Shown here in pieces: positions 1-9,464 of a stretch of 39,737 bases of DNA. Made by a program: the position numbers and the translations under genes. Origin of the DNA: a virus (Duplodnaviria; Caudoviricetes); IMG/VR virus record IMGVR_UViG_3300048574_000176, positions 1 to 39,737 of that record. One strand, 5' to 3'. Position 1 is the stretch's first letter; each line of letters begins with the position of its first letter. A model generated the notes under the pieces. It saw nothing but the letters and a program-made list of their open reading frames with translations, made no database searches and was not told the DNA's origin.

Positions 1-2
1 GT

Positions 3-986
3 GCCAGAGAACATTCGCCGGAAGACTTCATTACCAAAATTACCGCCGTGTCGCCCAGCGGGAAAGGCGGGCAGCTGTGGCTGGACAGTCTTAACCTCAT
101 CTTCTGCGAAAATCAGGACCTGATCGATTATGTGCAGATGATCTGCGGTCTTGCGTCCATTGGCAAGGTGTATGTGGAAGCGCTGATCATCGCTTACGGT
201 GAAGGCAGCAACGGCAAGTCCACCTTTTGGAACGCCGTTTCCCGCGTACTCGGTCTCTACAGCGGCAACATCTCCGCCGATACGCTGACGGTCGGCTGCC
301 GACGCAATATTAAGCCCGAAATGGCCGAAGTTAAAGGGAAACGTCTGCTCATCGCCGCCGAAATGCAGGAAGGCGCCCGGCTCAACGATTCCACAGTCAA
401 GCAGCTTTGTTCGACCGACGATGTTTTTGCGGAGAAAAAGTATAAGGACCCGTTTAGCTTCAAGCCCTGTCATACGCTGGTGCTCTATACCAACCACCTG
501 CCGAAGGTCAGCGCCTCCGACGACGGTATCTGGCGCAGGCTGATCGTGATTCCGTTTGGCGCCAAGATCAAGGGCACGAGCGATATCAAAAATTATGGAG
601 AGTATCTGTACGCCAACGCCGGCGAGAGCATTCTCGCGTGGATCATCGAAGGCGCCAGAAATGTCATTGAGATGAACTACCAAATTCCGATTCCGGATTG
701 TGTGCAAACGGCTATCGAGGAGTATCGGAGCCAGAACGATTGGTTTGGGCATTTTCTTGAGGATAAATGCGAGATTGGTGCCGGTTTTCGTGAAAGCTCC
801 AGCGCCTTATATCAGATGTACCGTAATTATTGCATTGATACCAACGAGTATGTCCGCAGTACGGCCGACTTCTACTTTGCCATGGAGAATGCGGGATATG
901 AGCGTATGAAGGTTAAAAACAAGCGTTTCTTCAAGGGACTGCGCCTGAAAACCGACGATGGAGATTTTGAGGATTTTCTGGGGTAA
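3..986 (+). CDS. Phage/plasmid primase-helicase, P4/D5 family, 5'-truncated by the window
   Basis: Frame is open from base 3 (AREHSPEDFITKITAV, D5_N-like); Walker A GEGSNGKST; SF3 helicase motifs (LYTNHLP, GIWRRLIVIPF). Confidence 0.92.
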   Translation, partial: AREHSPEDFITKITAVSPSGKGGQLWLDSLNLIFCENQDLIDYVQMICGLASIGKVYVEALIIAYGEGSNGKSTFWNAVSRVLGLYSGNISADTLTVGCRRNIKPEMAEVKGKRLLIAAEMQEGARLNDSTVKQLCSTDDVFAEKKYKDPFSFKPCHTLVLYTNHLPKVSASDDGIWRRLIVIPFGAKIKGTSDIKNYGEYLYANAGESILAWIIEGARNVIEMNYQIPIPDCVQTAIEEYRSQNDWFGHFLEDKCEIGAGFRESSSALYQMYRNYCIDTNEYVRSTADFYFAMENAGYERMKVKNKRFFKGLRLKTDDGDFEDFLG

Positions 987-995
987 ACGCCATAT

Positions 996-1095
996 GGGGT
1001 AACCTCGATAAAGGTCATTTACAGAAACTTCTCTAAGGCAGTAAAAAATCAATATAAGAAAAGTTTTAGAAATGACCCGCATCGAGGTTAACCCC
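996..1095. repeat. Long imperfect inverted repeat with AT-rich spacer, candidate replication origin
   Basis: ggggtaacctcgat..ggtcattt..agaaacttct (996-1032) pairs with agaaaagtttt..aaatgacc..atcgaggttaacccc (1057-1095). Confidence 0.6.
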
Positions 1096-1122
1096 GCCTT
1101 TGAAAACGATAGGAGAAAGCCA

Positions 1123-1404
1123 GTGAGAGAAAAAGTAAACGAGCAAAAATTAACGCGGATGGTCAAGGCGGCGGGCGGCATCGCGCTTAAGTTCGTATCT
1201 CCCGGATTTGATGGGATGCCGGATCGTCTGGTCCTTCTGCCGGGCGGTCACATCGCTTTCGTGGAGGTAAAGGCTCCGGGTGAAAAGCCACGACCACTGC
1301 AGCTGGCAAGGCACAGGCTGCTGCGGTGTCTCGGCTTTCGGGTATTCATACTGGATGACGCGGAGCAGATTGGAGGGATAATTGATGAAATACGAGGCGC
1401 ATGA
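1123..1404 (+). CDS. VRR-NUC domain nuclease
   Basis: GTG start after aggag; GMPDRLVL...FVEVKAPG PD-(D/E)xK motif. Confidence 0.92.
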   Translation: MREKVNEQKLTRMVKAAGGIALKFVSPGFDGMPDRLVLLPGGHIAFVEVKAPGEKPRPLQLARHRLLRCLGFRVFILDDAEQIGGIIDEIRGA

Positions 1405-2743
1405 TTATCAGACCTATGCCACGGAATACATCGAGACCCATCCCATCGCCGCCGTTCTGCTTGACATGGGTCTCGGCAAAACGAGCATTACGCTGACGGC
1501 TATCAACGACCTGCTGTTCGACAGCTTTGACGTTCATCGCGTTCTGGTAATCGCGCCGCTGCGTGTGGCGAGAGATACCTGGGCGGCTGAGATCGAAAAG
1601 TGGGAGCATCTTCACAGCCTCATTTATTCCGTTGCGGTCGGTACGGAAGCGGAGCGAAAGGCGGCACTGCGAAAGCAGGCCGATGTTTATATAATCAACC
1701 GTGAAAATGTTCAGTGGCTTGCGGAAGAGAGCGGATTTTCCTTCGATTTTGACTTAGTCGTAATCGACGAACTGTCTTCCTTTAAAAATCATCAGACAAA
1801 ACGCTTCCGTTCTCTTATGAAACTTCGGCCCCGTGTCCGCCGTATCGTCGGGCTGACCGGAACGCCGAGCAGCAACGGCCTGATGGATTTATGGGCCGAG
1901 TTCCGGATTTTGGACATGGGCGAACGCCTTGGCAGGTTTATCGGGCAATACCGATCCGATTATTTTATTCCCGACAAGCGCAACGGTCAGGTTGTATTCA
2001 GCTACAATCCGCGGCCTGGAGCGGAAAACGCCATATACAGCCGCATTTCAGACATCACCATCTCCATGAAGTCCACCGATCACTTGAAAATGCCGGAGCT
2101 GGTCAGCGGTGAGTATACCGTGACCTTATCCGATGACGAACGCGAACGGTATGATGAATTAAAACGCGACCTTGTGCTTCAGCTTCCGGATGGCGATATT
2201 ACCGCCGCCAACGTCGCCTCGTTATCAAACAAACTCTCCCAGATGGCGAATGGAGCGATTTATTCCGACACTGGAGATATAATTCCGATTCACGACCGCA
2301 AGCTGGACGCCCTGGAAGATTTAATCGAAGCGGCGAACGGTAAACCTCTGCTGGTTGCCTACTGGTTCAAGCATGATTATGAAAGGATCGCCGCGCGGCT
2401 TCGCAAGCTGCATATTCCGTTTTCCAAGCTGGACACGGTCGACAGCATTCGAAGATGGAACAGCGGCGAACTGCCAGTGGCGGTCATCCATCCCGCTTCC
2501 GCCGGACACGGGTTGAACCTTCAGAGCGGCGGTTCCTCTCTCGTATGGTTCGGGCTGACCTGGTCACTGGAATTATATCAGCAGACCAACGCCCGCCTGT
2601 GGAGACAGGGGCAGACTGCCGACACCGTGGTGATCCAGCATGTTGTAACGAAAGGTACTATCGACAGCCGCATCCTGAAAGCCCTGTCCACGAAAGACAG
2701 CACCCAATCGGCGCTGATCGATGCCGTGAAAGCAAATCTATGA
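1385..2743 (+). CDS. SNF2-family DEAD/DEAH helicase
   Basis: DMGLGKT Walker A, IDELS Walker B, GLTGTP, GHGLNLQ, ARLWRQGQ. Confidence 0.93.
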   Translation: MKYEAHDYQTYATEYIETHPIAAVLLDMGLGKTSITLTAINDLLFDSFDVHRVLVIAPLRVARDTWAAEIEKWEHLHSLIYSVAVGTEAERKAALRKQADVYIINRENVQWLAEESGFSFDFDLVVIDELSSFKNHQTKRFRSLMKLRPRVRRIVGLTGTPSSNGLMDLWAEFRILDMGERLGRFIGQYRSDYFIPDKRNGQVVFSYNPRPGAENAIYSRISDITISMKSTDHLKMPELVSGEYTVTLSDDERERYDELKRDLVLQLPDGDITAANVASLSNKLSQMANGAIYSDTGDIIPIHDRKLDALEDLIEAANGKPLLVAYWFKHDYERIAARLRKLHIPFSKLDTVDSIRRWNSGELPVAVIHPASAGHGLNLQSGGSSLVWFGLTWSLELYQQTNARLWRQGQTADTVVIQHVVTKGTIDSRILKALSTKDSTQSALIDAVKANL

Positions 2744-2788
2744 CAATCCGTGCCAATCCGAGTGAATTTTATTATTCGGAGGTACGCC

Positions 2789-3226
2789 ATGAGTACAACA
2801 GCAGTGAAAAAGTATCTGTCGCAGGCAAGATACCTTGATATGCGGATTGCTTCCAAAATCCAACAGATAACCTCTCTCAACGACTTGGCTACAAAATGTA
2901 CGGCGACGCTGACTGGGATGCCGAGGACCCCCAGTCACGGAACATCCACAATGGCTGACGCCATTGTAAAGATCGTGGATTTGCAGACGGAGATTAACGG
3001 TGACATTGATGCGCTGGTGGATTTGAAGAAGGAAATCACAGGCGTCATCAAGTCCGTTTCCAATCCGGAGTATCAAACCATTCTTGAAAAGCGCTATCTG
3101 TGTTTTCTGTCCTGGGAGCAGATCTCGGTGGATATGAATTACAGTATGCAGTACACCTTCCGTATGCATGACCGCGCCTTGGCAGAAGCTGACGCTTCTT
3201 TGAAAGTGGAGAGTCAAGTTGATTGA
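2789..3226 (+). CDS. ArpU/RinA-like (DUF1492-type) late transcriptional activator
   Basis: ATG after ggagg; C-terminal sigma4-like HTH (ILEKRYL..SWEQISVDMNYS); position just before the packaging module. Confidence 0.8.
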   Translation: MSTTAVKKYLSQARYLDMRIASKIQQITSLNDLATKCTATLTGMPRTPSHGTSTMADAIVKIVDLQTEINGDIDALVDLKKEITGVIKSVSNPEYQTILEKRYLCFLSWEQISVDMNYSMQYTFRMHDRALAEADASLKVESQVD

Positions 3227-3255
3227 ATGAGAGTCGGTCCACATGATATCCTTAC
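3205..3255 (+). promoter_or_regulatory. Putative late promoter with activator direct repeats
   Basis: GAGAGTC at 3209 and 3229 (20 bp apart), then TG-A-TATCCT extended -10-like element at 3244-3252. Confidence 0.45.
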
Positions 3256-3274
3256 AATGCGGAAACTGAATACA

Positions 3275-3316
3275 GAGAGCCTTCGTGGGAGCAATCCTGC
3301 GAGGGCTTTTCTTTTT
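3275..3316 (+). terminator. Intrinsic terminator-like hairpin before HNH
   Basis: agccttcgtggga-GCAA-tcctgcgagggct followed by a T-tract. Confidence 0.6.
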
Positions 3317-3335
3317 CCAGCGAGGAGGTGAACCC

Positions 3336-3701
3336 GTGCCATACAAACCAAAGCGTCCCTGCGCCTACCCCGGCTGCGGTCGGCTTGCCGTGCGCGAGCA
3401 ATACTGTGCCGAGCATCAGAAGGTCATGGACAAACGCTACAACCAATACGAGCGCGACCCTGCTTCCAACAAACGATACGGTCGTTCGTGGAAGCGTATC
3501 CGTGACCGCTACATCAAGGCGCACCCACTCTGCGAGGAATGCCAGAAGCAAGGCAAACTGACGCCTGCCGAGGAAGTTCACCACATTCTTCCGCTCTCTA
3601 AAGGCGGCGGCAGTAACGCGGAGAACCTCATGGCTCTTTGCAAAGCCTGTCATTCCCGTATCACCGCAGAGAGCGGCGACCGATGGGGACAGGGATATTG
3701 A
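3336..3701 (+). CDS. HNH endonuclease, terminase-associated
   Basis: GTG after ggagg; CEEC..EEVHHILPLSKGG..NLMALCKACH. Confidence 0.93.
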   Translation: MPYKPKRPCAYPGCGRLAVREQYCAEHQKVMDKRYNQYERDPASNKRYGRSWKRIRDRYIKAHPLCEECQKQGKLTPAEEVHHILPLSKGGGSNAENLMALCKACHSRITAESGDRWGQGY

Positions 3702-3759
3702 AAGAGGCATCGTTTACATTTTGGTACGATGCCTCAAATCAATTTGTTTTTCACGGTCA

Positions 3760-3860
3760 CACCCCTGGGGGTATCAAAATCTCTAAAACCTTTTTAAGCG
3801 GACAGCGGCGTGGGGCTTCGTGTTGAAAAACGCGGTTTCAAACGGGGTAATAACCCCCTC
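3760..3860. other. Candidate cos packaging region
   Basis: Non-coding HNH-terS gap with GC-rich core (gcggacagcggcgtggggc) and short palindromes (acccctgggggt; ggggtaataacccc); the usual cos position in HNH/HK97-type phages. Confidence 0.45.
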
Positions 3861-3881
3861 CGCGAATGTGAGGTGAACAAT

Positions 3882-4433
3882 TTGGCAAAGGACGGTACAA
3901 ACCGTGGCGGCGCCCGTGCCGGCGCGGGGGCGAAAAAGAAACCGCTTGCCGATAAAATCGCCGAGGGCAATCCCGGCGGCAGAAAACTGACCGTCATGGA
4001 GTTTTCGGACACAGCGAATTTGCAGGGGCAGGCGATGCCGGAGCCTAACAAAATGCTCGAAGCCACTCAGAAGGACGGAAAGACGCTCGTTGCAAGCGAA
4101 ATTTATAAATCCACCTGGCAATGGCTGAATGAGCGCGGCTGTGCCGCTCTCGTATCCCCGCAGCTTCTGGAGCGTTACGCCATGAGCGTGGCGCGCTGGA
4201 TTCAATGTGAGGAAGCGGTTACCGAATACGGCTTTCTGGCAAAACACCCCACCACGGGCAACGCGATTCAAAGCCCGTATGTTGCAATGGGTCAGAATTA
4301 CATGAACCAGACCAATCGCCTGTGGTATGAGATTTTTCAGATCGTCAAGGAAAACTGCACCGGCGAGTACAGCGGCGCGAATCCCCAGGACGATGTGATG
4401 GAGCGTCTGCTCTCGGCAAGGCGAGGAAAATAA
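3882..4433 (+). CDS. terS: Terminase small subunit, P27 family
   Basis: TTG start after gaggtg; MAKDGTNRGGAR..GAKKKPL N-terminus; position after HNH. Confidence 0.88.
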   Translation: MAKDGTNRGGARAGAGAKKKPLADKIAEGNPGGRKLTVMEFSDTANLQGQAMPEPNKMLEATQKDGKTLVASEIYKSTWQWLNERGCAALVSPQLLERYAMSVARWIQCEEAVTEYGFLAKHPTTGNAIQSPYVAMGQNYMNQTNRLWYEIFQIVKENCTGEYSGANPQDDVMERLLSARRGK

Positions 4434-4457
4434 CCTACACAGATTGGAGATAACCAT

Positions 4458-5690
4458 ATGCAGATAGAAAAGCTGAAAACCGATCGTCTCATCCCGGCGG
4501 ACTACAATCCCCGCAAAGACCTCAAACCCGGCGACCCCGAATATGAAAAGCTGAAACGTTCCATCGAGCAGTTCGGTTATGTCGAGCCTGTTATCTGGAA
4601 CAAAACCACCGGGCGTGTCGCCGGCGGGCACCAGCGTTTGAAGGTCCTGCTCGATATGGGTATCACCGAAGTCGAGTGCGTGGTAATCGAGATGGATGAG
4701 GAAAAAGAAAAAGCCCTCAACATCGCGCTCAATAAAATCAGCGGCGACTGGGACAAAGACAAGCTGGCTCTGCTCATCGCCGACCTGCAGGGCGCGGACT
4801 TTGATGTGTCGCTTACAGGCTTCGAACCTGCGGAGCTAGATGCGCTTTTCAAGGATTCACTCAAGGATGGTATCCACGACGATGATTTCGATGTGGACGC
4901 GGAGCTTCAAAAGCCCGCCGTCACAAAATCCGGTGATGTCTGGACGCTCGGCCGGCATCGGCTGGTCTGCGGCGATTCCACCAAAGCCGACACCTTTACC
5001 GCTCTGATGGACGGTAAGCTTGCAAATCTGGTGGTCACCGACCCTCCATACAACGTCAATTATGAAGGAACGGCGGGCAAAATCAAAAACGACAATATGG
5101 AAAGTGGAGCGTTCTACGATTTTCTGCTTGCGGCGTTTATGAACACCGAAGCGGCAATGGCGCAGGATGCTTCTATTTATATATTCCACGCCGACACCGA
5201 GGGCCTGAACTTCCGCAAAGCCTTCTCGGACGCTGGCTTTCAGCTTTCCGGGTGTTGCATCTGGAAAAAGCCGTCGCTGGTGCTTGGGCGCTCGCCTTAC
5301 CAATGGCAGCACGAGCCCGTCCTCTTCGGTTGGAAAAAGAGAGGTAAGCACAACTGGTACGCCGACCGCAAACAGACCACCATCTGGGAATTTGAAAAGC
5401 CTAAGAAAAACGCCGACCATCCCACCATGAAGCCGATTGCGCTGCTGGCATATCCCATTATGAACAGCAGCCTCACAAACTGTATCGTGCTCGACCCCTT
5501 CGGCGGCAGCGGCAGTACGCTTATCGCCTGTGAGCAGTCCGACAGAATCTGCTTCACCATAGAGCTTGACGAGAAATACTGCGACGTCATTGTAAAACGG
5601 TACATCGAACAGGCTGGAAATTCGGATGAAGTTTCCGTAATGCGCGACGGTGTCTCGATGAAATATGCGGAGTTGGCTGTCGATGACTAA
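4458..5690 (+). CDS. ParB-like domain plus N4/N6 DNA methyltransferase
   Basis: N-terminal YNPR..GYVEPVIWN..GGHQR; DPPY motif IV; HPTMKP; DPFGGSGST motif I. Confidence 0.93.
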   Translation: MQIEKLKTDRLIPADYNPRKDLKPGDPEYEKLKRSIEQFGYVEPVIWNKTTGRVAGGHQRLKVLLDMGITEVECVVIEMDEEKEKALNIALNKISGDWDKDKLALLIADLQGADFDVSLTGFEPAELDALFKDSLKDGIHDDDFDVDAELQKPAVTKSGDVWTLGRHRLVCGDSTKADTFTALMDGKLANLVVTDPPYNVNYEGTAGKIKNDNMESGAFYDFLLAAFMNTEAAMAQDASIYIFHADTEGLNFRKAFSDAGFQLSGCCIWKKPSLVLGRSPYQWQHEPVLFGWKKRGKHNWYADRKQTTIWEFEKPKKNADHPTMKPIALLAYPIMNSSLTNCIVLDPFGGSGSTLIACEQSDRICFTIELDEKYCDVIVKRYIEQAGNSDEVSVMRDGVSMKYAELAVDD

Positions 5691-5803
5691 ACTCTCTTTC
5701 GTATCTCTTTGCGTCTACTTTGTGCTGTCCGGCCTTGTGTCATGTACACAAGAAACCGCCGAATAATCGGTACAGTATTCTCCGCAGATATCGCATAAAA
5801 CCG

Positions 5804-5834
5804 TTGCTATATAAGCGGTTTAGAGTGATTAATG
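5804..5834 (+). promoter_or_regulatory. Conserved promoter-like motif, copy 1
   Basis: TTGCTAT-N11-AGAGTGATTAATG; related copies at 7179, 28623 and 37887. Confidence 0.6.
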
Positions 5835-5864
5835 TAATACCGAAAAAGAAAGGCGGTTTGAAAA

Positions 5865-6695
5865 ATGGAACTCAAATACAATGTCACGGGCAGCGAACGA
5901 AAATCATTGGTCGGTGCAATCAGCACGGTATTGGATGCCCCAACTAACTACCTCGGCGCTCCTACCTTCGCCTATGAGGTCGGCGGTTATCACATCGACA
6001 AGAATGGTACAGTCACAGGCCCAGACAATCTTGATTTGAAGGATGCCCTGCACCAACAGGGGTTCGACGCAACTCCGACATTCGAAGATTTGCAGATGAC
6101 CGAGGAAGAGGAATTGGGGCTTGGACGCACACGCCGTGAGAATATTCAAGGTGAGAATGGGATGCTGGCAAGTGATGTGCCGGAACCTAACGAGGGCATC
6201 GGGCTGGTGATTGAAATGCCTCGCGCCTCCTTCACCGATACGGCACTTGAAAATCTCAAACGGCTGGTCGACAGCAAGGACGCCCTCATCAAAAAGGCGC
6301 TCGGTACGGAAACGCTCGAACTTGAAATAACAGATGAAAAGGTGCGGTTCCCGTGGTTTGAGGACGGCACCGACCCGGACGCGGTCAAAGCATACACACA
6401 TTTTATCGCCGCACTCTGCGAGATGGCAAGAGTACAAAAGCGTGTTACCGCAAAAGAAAAGGAAACCGGCAACGATAAATACGCCTTCCGCTGCTTTCTT
6501 CTACGGCTGGGCTTCATCGGAACGGAATACAAAGAGGAGCGTAAAATTCTGCTGAAAAACCTCTCCGGCAGCTCGGCTTTCAAGAGCGTGCAGAAAAAGG
6601 GCTTCTCGCAGGACGACCTTGATAAAGCAAAAGCCGATCCTGCTGTACGCGCCGAAATCAAAGCCATTTTGGGAGGAACTGACGATGAACAATAA
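5865..6695 (+). CDS. Conserved phage hypothetical protein (often labelled virulence-related protein)
   Basis: RKSLV..YLGAPTFAY N-terminus and NDKYAFRCFLLRLGFIG..LKNLSGSSAF C-terminus are recognisable. Confidence 0.75.
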   Translation: MELKYNVTGSERKSLVGAISTVLDAPTNYLGAPTFAYEVGGYHIDKNGTVTGPDNLDLKDALHQQGFDATPTFEDLQMTEEEELGLGRTRRENIQGENGMLASDVPEPNEGIGLVIEMPRASFTDTALENLKRLVDSKDALIKKALGTETLELEITDEKVRFPWFEDGTDPDAVKAYTHFIAALCEMARVQKRVTAKEKETGNDKYAFRCFLLRLGFIGTEYKEERKILLKNLSGSSAFKSVQKKGFSQDDLDKAKADPAVRAEIKAILGGTDDEQ

Positions 6696-6930
6696 TTTCC
6701 CTTCAAGAGAAACCGTGGAGCGTATCCGAAAACAGTACCCGATTGGATGCCGTGTCGAGCTACTCCGTATGGACGATGTCCAAGCGCCGCCAATCGGTAC
6801 GAAAGGCACCGTGCGGTATGTGGACGACCTCGGCAGTCTGGGCGTCGCCTGGGACAACGGCAGCTCCCTCCAAGTGGTCTACGGCGAGGATTTGTACAGA
6901 AAGTTGGAGGACACAAGCGATGGACGCTAA
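6685..6930 (+). CDS. DUF4314-like protein
   Basis: ATG after ggagg; YPIGCRVEL..MDD..GTKGTV..VDDLG..V.WDNGSSL. Confidence 0.8.
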   Translation: MNNNFPSRETVERIRKQYPIGCRVELLRMDDVQAPPIGTKGTVRYVDDLGSLGVAWDNGSSLQVVYGEDLYRKLEDTSDGR

Positions 6931-7096
6931 GATAAAAGAACAAATTCTCGCTGTCCGTGAAACCGGGCTTACGAATATGTTTGATACCCTCGCCGTTCAG
7001 CGCATAGCCCATGAAAGGGACTTCTTCGAACTGGTGGTTTTTCTTGAGGAGCATAGGGACGAATACGCCCGTTTTATCCTCACAGGCGAAGAGTAA
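6920..7096 (+). CDS. DUF5049-like small protein
   Basis: ATG after ggagg; IKEQILAVRETGLTNMFD..YARFILTG. Confidence 0.8.
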   Translation: MDAKIKEQILAVRETGLTNMFDTLAVQRIAHERDFFELVVFLEEHRDEYARFILTGEE

Positions 7097-7178
7097 CGGC
7101 TGTAAACTACACAAATATGCGGGCTGTATTCGCCCGAAAGATCGTGCAGAATATGTCCGAGTCGATCGCGTAATTGCC

Positions 7179-7208
7179 TGGATATCATGTGCTTTCAGAG
7201 TTAATATG
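7179..7208 (+). promoter_or_regulatory. Conserved promoter-like motif, copy 2
   Basis: TGGATA-17 bp-TAATAT with AGAG at the conserved position. Confidence 0.55.
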
Positions 7209-7251
7209 TGACTACCGAAAGGGAAAACCACACCAAACGGAGGAAAATAAA

Positions 7252-7437
7252 ATGAACGAAAAACAATGGAAACAGATTGAAGAGCAGCTTCCCGCGGGCG
7301 CGAAAATCCTGCGCTGGTACACAGCCGCTGAGAACGGGCAAATCAGAGTGATTGCCAAAGCCCCGACCGACGACTACGAGACCCGCTACAACGTGAGCTT
7401 CGACGCCGACGGCAACTCCAGTATCAAAATATTTTAA
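7252..7437 (+). CDS. Hypothetical protein (61 aa)
   Basis: ATG after ggagg, downstream of the promoter motif. Confidence 0.7.
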   Translation: MNEKQWKQIEEQLPAGAKILRWYTAAENGQIRVIAKAPTDDYETRYNVSFDADGNSSIKIF

Positions 7438-7450
7438 GGAGGGCGCTGTC

Positions 7451-7678
7451 ATGTGGAAGGAAGGAACCCTCAAAATTCACGACAGCGTTTTTCATTACTG
7501 GATGAAGCAGTACGACGAAGGTTCGCAATTTGGCATCGACGGCGGCAGAATCAGCAAGCTGATGCTCAAACGCGACGGAGAAATCGTGTGCAATTATGAC
7601 AGAGGCTGGGATATTGAACCCTCCGACCCCGACACGCAACTTGCTCTTGAGCTTCTGCTGCACAGCGAAAACTACTAA
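7451..7678 (+). CDS. Conserved phage hypothetical protein (75 aa)
   Basis: aggagg RBS; MWKEG..GIDGGRISKL..NYDRGWD. Confidence 0.75.
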   Translation: MWKEGTLKIHDSVFHYWMKQYDEGSQFGIDGGRISKLMLKRDGEIVCNYDRGWDIEPSDPDTQLALELLLHSENY

Positions 7679-7745
7679 ACCTGCATAAAAAATAAGCCGA
7701 GGACGCGCCGGAGACGGCGTGTGTCTCGTACAGATAGATTCTGAA

Positions 7746-7787
7746 GGCTTGCTCTTGCAAACGTTGCAATTGGCAAGTCTGTTTTTA
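7746..7787 (+). terminator. Terminator-like hairpin before terL
   Basis: ggcttgc..ttgcaa-acg-ttgcaa..gcaagtc plus T-tract; a second hairpin with GAGA loop lies at 7698-7728. Confidence 0.5.
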
Positions 7788-7809
7788 TGCCCGAAGGGAG
7801 GCGGCGGAT

Positions 7810-9411
7810 ATACGAAGGCTCAGAAAATACGCTCCGACACGATTCAAGTCGGCGGATTCTGTTTATGACAAGTCCACCGCCGACTATGCGGTGTCTTTTA
7901 TACAGGCGCTCTGCCATACCAAAGGCACATGGGCGGGTAAGCCGTTTGAGCTTATCGACTGGCAGGAGCAGATTATCCGTGATGTATTCGGAACGCTCAA
8001 AGCCAACGGTTACCGGCAATTCAACACCGCTTATGTGGAAATACCGAAAAAGATGGGAAAAAGTGAGCTTGCGGCGGCTGTTGCCCTGTTGCTCACCTGC
8101 GGCGATAACGAGGAACGTGCCGAGGTTTACGGCTGTGCCGCCGACCGCAATCAGGCGTCCATCGTGTTCAATGTGGCGGCGGATATGGTTCGGATGTGCC
8201 CGGCATTGTCGAAACGGGTAAAAATCCTCGATTCACAGAAACGGCTCATTTATCAGCCGACGGGCAGTATCTACCAGGTGCTGTCCGCCGACGTCGGCAA
8301 CAAGCACGGCTTCAATACCCATGGTGTTGTATTTGATGAGCTTCACACGCAGCCGAACCGAAAGCTTTACGACGTTATGACCAAAGGCAGTGGCGACGCG
8401 AGAATGCAGCCGCTGTATTTTCTGATTACCACCGCCGGGGATAACCAGAACAGCATCTGCTGGGAGGTACATCAAAAGGCACAGGATATTTTGAACGGCA
8501 GGAAGCATGATCCGACCTTCTACCCTGTAATCTACGGTGCCGCGCCGGAAGATGACTGGACGGACCCGAAGGTATGGAAAAAAGCGAATCCCTCGCTCGG
8601 TATCACGGTCGGAATCGACAAGGTAAAAGCCGCCTGTGAGAGCGCAAAGCAAAATCCTGCCGAGGAAAACAGCTTCCGTCAGCTTCGCTTGAACCAGTGG
8701 GTCAAACAGGCGGTGCGCTGGATGCCAATGGACAAATGGGATAAATGCGCTTTCCCCGTAAGCGCAGACAACCTGCGCGGGCGCGTCTGCTACGGCGGGC
8801 TTGACCTTTCGTCCTCCACGGATATAACGGCGTTCGTACTGGTATTCCCACCGCTTGATGAAGAGGACAAATACACCGTGCTTCCGTTCTTCTGGATACC
8901 CGAAGACAACATTGATTTGCGTGTGCGACGAGACCATGTGAATTACGATGTGTGGAAAAAACAAGGTTTTCTGCAAACTACCGAGGGCAATGTAGTACAT
9001 TACGGTTTCATTGAGAGCTTCATTGAGGAACTCGGCACGAAATATAACATCCGTGAAATAGCCTTTGACCGCTGGGGCGCTGTGCAAATGACGCAGAACC
9101 TCGAAAACCTCGGCTTTACAGTTGTCCCGTTTGGTCAGGGCTTCAAGGATATGTCTCCGCCGACCAAGGAACTTATGAAACTGACTTTGGAGGAAAAACT
9201 CGCCCACGGCGGGCATCCTGTCCTCCGCTGGATGATGGACAACATCTATATTCGCACCGACCCAGCCGGAAACATCAAGGCCGACAAGGAGAAATCCACT
9301 GAGAAAATTGACGGCGCGGTAGCAACAATCATGGCGCTGGATCGGGCAATTCGGTGCGGCAATGATAACCGAGAAAGTGTGTATAACGATAGGGGGTTAT
9401 TGATTTTATGA
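7810..9411 (+). CDS. terL: Terminase large subunit, probable ATA start
   Basis: PKKMGKSE Walker A, VFDELH Walker B, GLDLSS and KIDG nuclease motifs; in-frame extension to ATA at 7810, 8 nt after GGAGG. Confidence 0.95.
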   Translation: MRRLRKYAPTRFKSADSVYDKSTADYAVSFIQALCHTKGTWAGKPFELIDWQEQIIRDVFGTLKANGYRQFNTAYVEIPKKMGKSELAAAVALLLTCGDNEERAEVYGCAADRNQASIVFNVAADMVRMCPALSKRVKILDSQKRLIYQPTGSIYQVLSADVGNKHGFNTHGVVFDELHTQPNRKLYDVMTKGSGDARMQPLYFLITTAGDNQNSICWEVHQKAQDILNGRKHDPTFYPVIYGAAPEDDWTDPKVWKKANPSLGITVGIDKVKAACESAKQNPAEENSFRQLRLNQWVKQAVRWMPMDKWDKCAFPVSADNLRGRVCYGGLDLSSSTDITAFVLVFPPLDEEDKYTVLPFFWIPEDNIDLRVRRDHVNYDVWKKQGFLQTTEGNVVHYGFIESFIEELGTKYNIREIAFDRWGAVQMTQNLENLGFTVVPFGQGFKDMSPPTKELMKLTLEEKLAHGGHPVLRWMMDNIYIRTDPAGNIKADKEKSTEKIDGAVATIMALDRAIRCGNDNRESVYNDRGLLIL

Positions 9412-9464
9412 TTTATTGAGAGAGGCTTGATGCAATCCATTTTAAGCGAAGGCTATTGCAAATA

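Noticed and set aside
2744-2765. CAATCCG direct repeat before the activator gene
   Set aside because: Only two 7-bp copies; not enough to assign a function
6146-7231. 361-aa minus-strand ORF
   Set aside because: Antisense shadow of three well-formed + strand genes; no motifs
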